A DNA stretch of 64,000 bases from an uncultured Clostridia bacterium (lineage in GTDB: Bacteria > Bacillota > Clostridia > Oscillospirales > JAAYOS01), in assembly GCA_947593925.1 (NCBI GenBank), contig CANQDU010000007.1:18408-82407 (forward strand). Reading direction: 5' to 3'. How positions within the stretch are numbered: the first letter of the stretch is position 1; each line of letters begins with the position of its first letter. Below are positions 8,458 through 15,872 of this stretch, one piece after another. The notes under the pieces are model-generated. The model saw only the letters and a list, made by a program, of their open reading frames with translations. It searched no databases and was not told the origin of the DNA. A program made the translations under genes and the position numbers.

Positions 8458-9294
8458 ATGAAATTTCCGATAGGAGTTATGGTCGAGAGCTTCCGCACCG
8501 ACTTTCGGGCGGCGCTCGGGCTCGCGGAGAGCCTCGGAGCCGCCGGCATCCAGATGTACGCCTCGCGCGGGGAGTACACGCCGGAGAAGCTGACGGCGTC
8601 CGCGCGGCGCGAACTGCTCGACATGGTCCGCTCGCACGGGCTCGAGTTTTCGGCGATATGCGGCGACTTCGGGCACGGCTTCGGCAAGAAGGAGCTTAAC
8701 GCGGAGCTCATCGAGAAGTCGAAGCGCGTCATGGACCTTGCAAAGGATCTCGGCACCGACATCGTGACTACGCACATCGGCGTCGTGCCGTCCAATCCGT
8801 CGCACGAGCGCTATAAGGTCATGCAGGAGGCGTGCCGCGAGCTTGCGGAGTATGCCGATACACTCGGCGGCCACTTCGCCATCGAGACCGGCCCCGAGAC
8901 TGCCGACACGCTCAAGGGCTTCCTCGACGGGCTCGGCTCGAAGGGCGTCGCCGTCAACTTCGACCCGGCAAACTTCGTCATGGTGACGGGAGACGATCCG
9001 GTGAAGGGCGTCTACACCCTCCGCGACTACATAGTTCACACCCACGCGAAGGACGGCGTGAAGCTCCTTGACATCGACCCTGAGATAATCTACGGCGTCA
9101 TCGAGGACGCCATCCAGGAGGGCAGAGCGTTCGAGGAGGTGCCGCTCGGCGAGGGAAGCGTAGACTTCCCCGTCTGGCTTGCGGCTCTCGAGGAAGTCGG
9201 GTACAGGGGATTTCTTACGATAGAGCGCGAGGTCGGCGCCGACCCGACGGCGGACATCCGTCTCGCGGCGGACTTCCTGAGAAAACTGATGTAA
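8458..9294 (+). CDS. Sugar phosphate isomerase/epimerase family protein (xylose isomerase-like TIM barrel)
   Basis: The track ORF starts at 8419. The likely start is the ATG at 8458 (MKFPIGVM...) after GGAGGGGAG. The family pattern includes ...HIGVVP..., FAIETGPE and NFDPANF. Confidence 0.8.
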   Translation: MKFPIGVMVESFRTDFRAALGLAESLGAAGIQMYASRGEYTPEKLTASARRELLDMVRSHGLEFSAICGDFGHGFGKKELNAELIEKSKRVMDLAKDLGTDIVTTHIGVVPSNPSHERYKVMQEACRELAEYADTLGGHFAIETGPETADTLKGFLDGLGSKGVAVNFDPANFVMVTGDDPVKGVYTLRDYIVHTHAKDGVKLLDIDPEIIYGVIEDAIQEGRAFEEVPLGEGSVDFPVWLAALEEVGYRGFLTIEREVGADPTADIRLAADFLRKLM

Positions 9295-9346
9295 CGAACG
9301 GCGCCGCGTCATGCGGCGGAACAATAAACGTGAGGAGGAAAAGAAT

Positions 9347-10408
9347 ATGGCAAAACTCAGAGTCGGCGTCGTAGGCGTCGGAAATATTTCAAACGAGCAT
9401 ATTCAGGCGTACCTGAAGAACCCGGCGGTCGAGCTCGTGAGCTTCTGCGACATCAACGAGAAGCAGCTGAAGCTTATGGACGAGAAGTACGGCATAACGA
9501 AGCTCTACTCGGACTACAACGAGATGTTTAAGGCGGAGCAGCTCGACGCGGTGAGCGTCTGCGTCTGGAACAGCCAGCACGCGCCGGTCACTATTGCGGC
9601 GCTCAACGCCGGACTGAACGTCCTCTGCGAGAAGCCGATGGCGACCTCTGTAGAGGATGCGGAGGCGATGAAGGCCGCCGCCGAGAAGAACGGCAAGCTC
9701 CTGATGATAGGCTTTGTCCGCCGGTACGGCAACGACTGCTCGCTCCTGAAGGATTTCGTCGCGAGCGATTTCTTCGGCGAGATGTACTACGCGAAGGCGA
9801 CATACCTCCGCCGCAACGGCAACCCCGGCGGCTGGTTCGGCGACAAGAGCCGTTCGGGCGGCGGCCCGCTCATCGACCTCGGCGTACACGTCATCGACCT
9901 CACCCGCTACATCATGGGTAACCCCAAGCCGGTGTCGGTCTACGGCGCGACCTTCCGCAAGCTCGGGAACCGTCCGAACATCAAGAGCGGCAAGGGCTAC
10001 ACGTCGGTCTCGGCCGGCGCGGAGGATATATGCGACGTTGAGGACCTCGCAAGCGCGATGATACGCTACGACAACGGCGCGGTCCTGTCGATAGAGGCGG
10101 CGTTCAGCCTCAACATCAAGCACGACGAGGGCAAGATAGAGCTCTTCGGCACCAAGGGCGGCGCGAAGATAGAGCCGGAGGTAGAGCTTTATACCGAGAT
10201 GAACGACTACCTCGCGGACGTGAACTTCGCCCACAACACCGCGCTCGACTTCAACGGGCTCTTCGCAAACGAGATAAATCACTTCGTGGACTGCGTGACA
10301 AAGGGCGAGCCCTGCCGCAGTCCCGCGAAGGACGGCGTCGATATAATGAAGATACTCTGCGCCGTCTACAAGTCGGCGGAGACCGGGCACGAGGTCGTGC
10401 TTGACTGA
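9347..10408 (+). CDS. Gfo/Idh/MocA family oxidoreductase
   Basis: The likely start is the ATG at 9347 (MAKLRVGVVGVGNISNEH, a Rossmann motif) after GAGGAGGAA. An EKPMA motif is present. Confidence 0.85.
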   Translation: MAKLRVGVVGVGNISNEHIQAYLKNPAVELVSFCDINEKQLKLMDEKYGITKLYSDYNEMFKAEQLDAVSVCVWNSQHAPVTIAALNAGLNVLCEKPMATSVEDAEAMKAAAEKNGKLLMIGFVRRYGNDCSLLKDFVASDFFGEMYYAKATYLRRNGNPGGWFGDKSRSGGGPLIDLGVHVIDLTRYIMGNPKPVSVYGATFRKLGNRPNIKSGKGYTSVSAGAEDICDVEDLASAMIRYDNGAVLSIEAAFSLNIKHDEGKIELFGTKGGAKIEPEVELYTEMNDYLADVNFAHNTALDFNGLFANEINHFVDCVTKGEPCRSPAKDGVDIMKILCAVYKSAETGHEVVLD

Positions 10409-11522
10409 CATGATTTTTACCGACCTGTATCTTCCCGCCGGGGACGGCTGGGAAAAGGGAGAGCTGAGAGTCGAAAACGGCGTGGTTTCGGCCTCCGGCG
10501 ACGGTGAGAGGATAAGCCTCGGCGGCGCGAGAGCGCTGCCGGGGCTTATAGACACGCACATACACGGAGCGTTCGGCGAGGCGTTTGACCACGCGGACGC
10601 CGACCTGCACCGCGCGGCGAGGATGCTCGCGCGGGCGGGCGTCACCGCGTTCGCGCCGACGCTCTCTGCGCTCGGCGAGCAGGACGCGCTCGCGGCGATA
10701 CGGAACATAGTCGCGGCGAGCCGCGTTCAGGGCGCGGACGAGGCGCGGATACTCGGCATACACCTCGAGGGGCCGTTCGTCTCGCCGAAGCGCGCGGGCG
10801 CGCTCAACCCGGAAAACCTGCGCCTGCCGGACGTCCGGCTCTTCCGCGAGCTCGTCGGGGCGGGAGAGGGGCGTGTGAAGCTGATGACTGTCGCGCCGGA
10901 GCTCGAGGGCGCGTCGGAGCTCGCGGCGGAGGCCGCGCGCCTCGGCGTGAAGCTCTCAATGGGTCACTCGACGGCGTCCTACAAGCAGGCGGAGGCGGCG
11001 GTGGACGCCGGGTTCCGCCGCGCGACGCACGTCTTTAACGGCATGGTGCCGTTCGCGCACCGCGAGCCGGGACTTCTCGGCGCGGCGCTCACCGACCCTC
11101 GCGTCGAGTGCGAGATGATATGCGACCTCGTCCACCTCTCCGCGCCGGCGGTGAAGCTCGTGCTGCTTGCGAAGGGCGCGGCGCGCGTCACCGCCATAAG
11201 CGACGCGGTGAGCGGCGCGGGTCTCGGGGACGGCGAGCACGAGCTCGGCGGCGTGAAGTACCGCATTTCGGGCGGCGTCGCGCGCCTCCCGGACGGCACG
11301 ATTTGCGGAAGCTGCCGCACGCTCGACGCGGCGCTGAAAAATCTCCTGTCGCTCGGAGTCGCGCCCGGGGACGCGGCGCGGATATGCGCCGCAAATCCCG
11401 CCCGCGCGCTCGGCGTGGAGGACGCCGGCGGCTTCTCTGACGGCATGTGCGCCGACTTCGTCACGGTGGACGAGGCGGGCGCAGTGGAGAGCGTGTATCT
11501 CGCGGGCGAGCGTGTGAGGTGA
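10401..11522 (+). CDS. nagA: N-acetylglucosamine-6-phosphate deacetylase-like amidohydrolase
   Basis: 373 aa. Motifs LIDTHIHGAFG, GIHLEGPF, MGHSTASY and HVFNGM, typical of NagA. The start is TTG at 10401 or ATG at 10410. Confidence 0.8.
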   Translation: MTDMIFTDLYLPAGDGWEKGELRVENGVVSASGDGERISLGGARALPGLIDTHIHGAFGEAFDHADADLHRAARMLARAGVTAFAPTLSALGEQDALAAIRNIVAASRVQGADEARILGIHLEGPFVSPKRAGALNPENLRLPDVRLFRELVGAGEGRVKLMTVAPELEGASELAAEAARLGVKLSMGHSTASYKQAEAAVDAGFRRATHVFNGMVPFAHREPGLLGAALTDPRVECEMICDLVHLSAPAVKLVLLAKGAARVTAISDAVSGAGLGDGEHELGGVKYRISGGVARLPDGTICGSCRTLDAALKNLLSLGVAPGDAARICAANPARALGVEDAGGFSDGMCADFVTVDEAGAVESVYLAGERVR

Positions 11523-11523
11523 G

Positions 11524-11961
11524 ATGATGACCGATTACGAAGTGAGCGGCGCGCCCTCCGAGGAGGAGCGCGCCATACGTCTGGAGATATTCGTGGAGGA
11601 GCAGGGCTTCAAGGTCGAGTTTGACGAGCTCGACGAGCCTGGAAAGTCGCTGCACCTCCTTTTCCGCGAGGGCGGAGAGGCCGCCGCCGTGTGCAGGATA
11701 TATCCCTCCGACAGGAGCGGCGAGTGGAACATAGGCCGCGTAGCCGTGCGGAAGAAGTTCCGCGGCGGCGGGCGCGGAAGGGCGGTGATGGCCGCCGCCG
11801 AGCGCGAGTGCCGCACGCACGGCGCGAAGAGCACCGCCGTCTCGGCACAGGTGCAGGCGCGCGGCTTCTACGAGAGCTGCGGCTATGCGGCGGAGGGGAA
11901 GGTATACCTCGACGAGCACTGCCCGCACATACATATGACAAAGGTGTTGCAAGAGCCGTAG
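11524..11961 (+). CDS. GNAT family N-acetyltransferase
   Basis: 145 aa. RVAVRKKFRGGGRGRAVM (acetyl-CoA binding Q/RxxGxG/A motif) and GFYESCGY. Confidence 0.8.
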   Translation: MMTDYEVSGAPSEEERAIRLEIFVEEQGFKVEFDELDEPGKSLHLLFREGGEAAAVCRIYPSDRSGEWNIGRVAVRKKFRGGGRGRAVMAAAERECRTHGAKSTAVSAQVQARGFYESCGYAAEGKVYLDEHCPHIHMTKVLQEP

Positions 11962-11965
11962 AGTT

Positions 11966-12006
11966 GTGCGGCAAATCCGTGGGCAAGGCCCGCAGATTTG
12001 CCGCAC
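11966..12006. terminator. Hairpin between the convergent GNAT and histidine kinase genes
   Basis: GTGCGGCAAATC-17 nt-GATTTGCCGCAC, a 12-bp perfect stem. The flanking T tracts are weak, so terminator function is inferred from position only. Confidence 0.45.
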
Positions 12007-12007
12007 G

Positions 12008-12901
12008 CTATTCTTTAGGCAGCGCGACGCGGACGGTGAGCCGTCCCCCGGAGTACTCGGCGGAGATGCCGCCGCCCATGCGGCGCATGAGCGTCCGCGC
12101 TATCGAGAGGCCGAGGCCGGTGGAGCTCCGCGCCGTATCGACGGTGTAGAAGCGGTCGAAGAGCCGCCCGACCTGCACCTCGTCAAGCCCCGGCGCGGAG
12201 TTTGAGAACGTGACCTCGCCGCCCTCGGTGAGGACTATGTCGAGGTCGCCCGCGCTGTACTTTACGGCGTTGCTTATCAGGTTTGAGAATACGCGGACGA
12301 GAGCGGCGCGGTCGAGCGTCCGCACGACCTTCCGCTCCGGCAGTAAGACCGCCGGCTCTATGCCGCGCGAGGTGAGCGCGGCATAGCCCGCCGCGACGCA
12401 CTCCTCGAGGACGGCGTTTACAGACACCGCCTCTGGCTCGTCCCCGGCGCCGCCGGAGAGGATGACCGAGTAGCGGAAAAGCTCCTCGGTGAGGCCTGTC
12501 ATGAACTCCGCGCGGCCGCGTATCACGTCGAGGTAACGCGCGACGGCGTCGCTCTTTTCCACTCGGTCGAGCAGGTCGAGGTATCCGCATATCGCGGTGA
12601 GCGGCGTGCGGAGGTCGTGGGAGATGTTCGTGACGGCGCTCTTCAGCTCCTCGTCTCCGCGCAGGAAGCGAAGCCGCTCCGCGCGGAGCACCCGCAGCTC
12701 ACGGTTTGCCGCCTCCGCAAGCGACCGCATTCGCCGGTCGCGCGAGGATATGTCGATAAGCGTGTTCGTGTCGGACATGAGGCGGTCGTGAAACGCCTCC
12801 TCTATCTCCCGTGCGCTTTTTCGCATGACGAGTATCTTCATAAGGAGCAGGAGGGAGAGAATAGAAGCCGCTCCCGCCGCCGTCCATGCCAACACAGTCA
12901 T
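12008..12901 (-). CDS. Sensor histidine kinase with a single N-terminal TM segment and no extracytoplasmic domain
   Basis: 297 aa. H-box SHDLRTPLTAI, N box NLISNAVKYS, and G boxes in the C-terminal part. Only one hydrophobic segment, at about residues 3-24. Confidence 0.9.
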   Translation of the reverse strand: MTVLAWTAAGAASILSLLLLMKILVMRKSAREIEEAFHDRLMSDTNTLIDISSRDRRMRSLAEAANRELRVLRAERLRFLRGDEELKSAVTNISHDLRTPLTAICGYLDLLDRVEKSDAVARYLDVIRGRAEFMTGLTEELFRYSVILSGGAGDEPEAVSVNAVLEECVAAGYAALTSRGIEPAVLLPERKVVRTLDRAALVRVFSNLISNAVKYSAGDLDIVLTEGGEVTFSNSAPGLDEVQVGRLFDRFYTVDTARSSTGLGLSIARTLMRRMGGGISAEYSGGRLTVRVALPKE

Positions 12902-12910
12902 CAGAACCTC

Positions 12911-13747
12911 CTATTTCAGGTTTTTCCTTCGGAACGCGAGCATACCCGCGGCGTTCACGACGGCGGAGAGGACGAGCATGAGCGCCGCCGCGCGGACGGG
13001 GTGCTCAAGCGTCGCGTTTGTCATGAGAATGGCGGGCCCGGTAGGAAGCAGCTCGAGCAGACGCTCGAGCACCGCGCGCGCCGTCCCCGAGACGTAGAGC
13101 GGGTTCGGCTCCGGGTTCGTCATCACAAACTCACCGTTTATATATACCATTCCGCCGGTCAGCTCCGGCTCGAGCAGACGGTCGTCTATGCCGCTTGCCG
13201 CGAGGATGAGCACCGTCCAGACGGCAATGCAGACTATCACCGCGAGCGCGCGGTTCGTGACATGCATTGATACGGCGCAGAATATCGCCGTGAACGCCGC
13301 CGTGTAGCAGACGAGGGCGAGAATGTACGCGGCAAACACGCCCCAGCCGAAGGCAGGCGCGCCGATAACGACAAAGCATGGGATCTGCCCCAGAAGGAAA
13401 ACAGTTGTGAGTATCAGATCCGCCGCGAAGCACACGAGAAAGTTTGAGAAGTAGACGCCGCCGCGGGTGTGGCCGACGATGAGCTTGCCGCGTATTCCTC
13501 CGTCGGTGTACTCGAAGCCGAGGAACAGGCTTACCAGAGCGGCAAAGAACGCCGAAATGAACGGCGTGAGCTCGAATATGAAGTATTCAAGCGGCTTCTC
13601 ACGCCCTTCTTCAAGCATAATGAGGTAGTTTTCGACGCCGCCGGTAAATGCGTAAAGCAGGGAAAGGGCGAGCAACGCGAAGGCGCATATCCAGAAGAAT
13701 TTGTCTCTCCGCAGACGGCAGAAGCCGGCGCACAGAAGTCGGTTCAT
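12911..13747 (-). CDS. ABC-2 type transporter permease
   Basis: 278 aa with multiple hydrophobic segments. It directly follows the ABC ATPase, and its start overlaps that gene's stop by 4 nt. Confidence 0.7.
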   Translation of the reverse strand: MNRLLCAGFCRLRRDKFFWICAFALLALSLLYAFTGGVENYLIMLEEGREKPLEYFIFELTPFISAFFAALVSLFLGFEYTDGGIRGKLIVGHTRGGVYFSNFLVCFAADLILTTVFLLGQIPCFVVIGAPAFGWGVFAAYILALVCYTAAFTAIFCAVSMHVTNRALAVIVCIAVWTVLILAASGIDDRLLEPELTGGMVYINGEFVMTNPEPNPLYVSGTARAVLERLLELLPTGPAILMTNATLEHPVRAAALMLVLSAVVNAAGMLAFRRKNLK

Positions 13748-14655
13748 TCCGCGTCACCTCCCACGAGCCGGATGTAGTAGCTCTCGAGGCTCTCGTCGTG
13801 CTCCTCCACAGAGAGGAGCTCGCACCCCTCCTCACCGAGCTCACGGACGAGGGCGGAGACGGAGGGCTTTGCGTATATATCCGCCGACGTCGGCGAGAGT
13901 ATGCGGTACTCCAGGGACATGCGCCCAAGCACGCGCGCGAGCGCGCGGACGTCGCTCACTTCGACGCGCGTGCGTTTCTCGGCGGAAGCTTCCAGCTCCT
14001 CCGCGCTTATCTCGCGGACGATGCGTCCCCGGTCGATAAAGCCGTAGCAGGTCGCGAGCTTTGAGAGCTCGCCGAGTATGTGGCTCGAGACGAGAACGGT
14101 CATCTGCCGCTCGCGGTTGAGCTTCAGTATGAGCTCGCGTATCTCGACGATACCCTGCGGGTCGAGCCCGTTCGTCGGCTCGTCGAGGACGAGAAAGTCC
14201 GGGTCGCCCGCGAGCGCGACGGCTATGCCGAGCCGCTGGCGCATACCGAGCGAGAAGTGGCGCGCCTTTTTGCGCCCCGTCTTGTCCAGCCCGACGAGGC
14301 GGAGGATGCCGTCTATCCCCTCAAACGACGGAAGGCCGAGTATCCTGTACTGTTGGCGAAGGTTGTCCTCCGCCGACATATCGAGATATATCGACGGAGC
14401 CTCCACCACCGCGCCCATCCTGCGGCGGCTCTTCGCGATGCCGCGCTCGGTGTTCCGCCGCCCGTAGAGTGTGTACCCGCCGCCGGTCGGCTCCTGAAGA
14501 CCGCAGATAACGCGGATAAGCGTCGTCTTGCCCGCGCCGTTCTTGCCGACGAAGCCGTAGATCGACCCCTTCGGGACGTTCATGTCGAGCCCGTCGAGCG
14601 CCCTAAAGCCCCGGTAGCTCTTGCCAAGGGCGCTCGTTTGAAGAACATATTCCAT
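13744..14655 (-). CDS. ABC transporter ATP-binding protein
   Basis: 303 aa. Walker A GKNGAGKTT, signature FSLGMRQRL and Walker B FLVLDEPTNGLD. Confidence 0.9.
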   Translation of the reverse strand: MEYVLQTSALGKSYRGFRALDGLDMNVPKGSIYGFVGKNGAGKTTLIRVICGLQEPTGGGYTLYGRRNTERGIAKSRRRMGAVVEAPSIYLDMSAEDNLRQQYRILGLPSFEGIDGILRLVGLDKTGRKKARHFSLGMRQRLGIAVALAGDPDFLVLDEPTNGLDPQGIVEIRELILKLNRERQMTVLVSSHILGELSKLATCYGFIDRGRIVREISAEELEASAEKRTRVEVSDVRALARVLGRMSLEYRILSPTSADIYAKPSVSALVRELGEEGCELLSVEEHDESLESYYIRLVGGDAE

Positions 14656-14733
14656 ATCGTATTACCTCCTTTGTCCGGTGAGCCTATCATACCGAAAAAA
14701 GGTTGAGAAAGCGGTAAAGAAAACGGTGGAGAT

Positions 14734-15399
14734 CTAGTTGAGATTTTCCGAAAGCCGGAAGCCAATCCCCCAGACCGCCTCGATGTACTCCTTTCCTCCG
14801 GCGGCGCGGAGCTTGGAGCGGAGGTGGCTCATGTGGGTCTTGAGCGAGCTTTCGGTGCAGTCGGGCGTGTCGGAGCTTATCCGATCGAGAAGCTGCGACT
14901 TTGTGACGACCTGCGCCTTGTTTGCCATCAGCAGCTTGAGAATGGCAAACTCCGTCCGCGTCAGGCGGACGGGACACCCCGCCGCCTCGACCGTGCGGGC
15001 GTCCGGGTCGAGCGAGAGATCCCCGCACCTCAGGGCGGAGGGCACAGTACCGCCGTCCCGCAGGCGCGCGGCTACCCTCGCGAGCAGCTCGCGGAGCTGG
15101 AAGGGCTTTGTGACGTAGTCGGCGGCGCCGCCGAGGAGGAGCGCCACCTTGTCCTCGACGTCCGCCTTGGCGCTCACGACTATCGTGGGTATGCCTCGAA
15201 GCTTCGGCAGCACCTCCTCGCCGGAGAGGCCGGGAAGCATCAGATCGAGAAGCACGAGGTCGGGCACGGAGCGCGAGAGAAGCAGCAGAGCTTCCGTGCC
15301 GGAGTAGGCGCGGAGAACTTCGTACCCCTCGCGCGAAAGCGCCTCCTCGAGAAGATTCCCGATATGTACGTCGTCATCTATGACAAGAATGGTTTTCAT
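14734..15399 (-). CDS. OmpR-family response regulator
   Basis: 221 aa. Receiver domain (ILVIDDD...LVLLDLMLPG) plus a winged-helix C-terminal domain (LTRTEFAILKLLM...WGIGFRL). Confidence 0.9.
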   Translation of the reverse strand: MKTILVIDDDVHIGNLLEEALSREGYEVLRAYSGTEALLLLSRSVPDLVLLDLMLPGLSGEEVLPKLRGIPTIVVSAKADVEDKVALLLGGAADYVTKPFQLRELLARVAARLRDGGTVPSALRCGDLSLDPDARTVEAAGCPVRLTRTEFAILKLLMANKAQVVTKSQLLDRISSDTPDCTESSLKTHMSHLRSKLRAAGGKEYIEAVWGIGFRLSENLN

Positions 15400-15523
15400 C
15401 GTATTGACCTCTATTATTGTTTCCCCAGAAACTCACCCGGCTGGACAATAGGTTTGTCGGAAGCAGAGTATCGTCCTGTTCTGGCAGTAATGGTGTTGTG
15501 TCTGTGTCGGGAGAGGAATTTTT

Positions 15524-15868
15524 AAGGGAGAGGGCGGAGCCCTCTCCCTTAAACGCGCTTTTTGGATACTTTTTGCGCGAGCAAAAAGTAATGCAGGGGT
15601 GCGGGGCGGCACAGCCCCGCCGGGGGTGCGGGGGCAGAGCCCCCGCAAAGGTGTCGGTAGAGCTCTGCTCTACTAGGGACGCGGGGTCACCCCGCGAATG
15701 CTCGCGGGGCTTCCCCGCTGGAGGGGTGCGGGGCGGCACAGCCCCGCGAAGCCTTCGGAACCGCCAGGTTCCGCATATTCGTACGGGGTTCTACCCCGTA
15801 ACAGGGACGCGGGGCTTCCCCGCCGGAGGGGTGGGAGCTTCCCCGCTGTACGGGGCGGGCTCGCCCCG
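15524..15868. repeat. Cluster of about 12 short GC-rich stem-loops with internal tandem duplication
   Basis: Example hairpins: AAGGGAGAGGGC-gga-GCCCTCTCCCTT (15524..15550), GCGGGGC-ggcaca-GCCCCGC (twice), GCGGGGGC-aga-GCCCCCGC, GCGGGG-ctt-CCCCGC (twice), CGGAACC-gcca-GGTTCCG and CGGGGCG-ggct-CGCCCCG. A 26-mer, aggggtgcggggcggcacagccccgc, occurs at both 15595..15620 and 15722..15747. Confidence 0.8.
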
Positions 15869-15872
15869 CAGG

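Noticed and set aside
15595-15850. Possible CRISPR array, because of the repeated 26-mer and repeated GC-rich hairpin units
   Set aside because: - Only two copies of the longest repeat are present.
- Units are irregular in length and spacing and are themselves palindromic throughout.
- The 'spacers' are also hairpins related to each other.
- No cas genes lie nearby.
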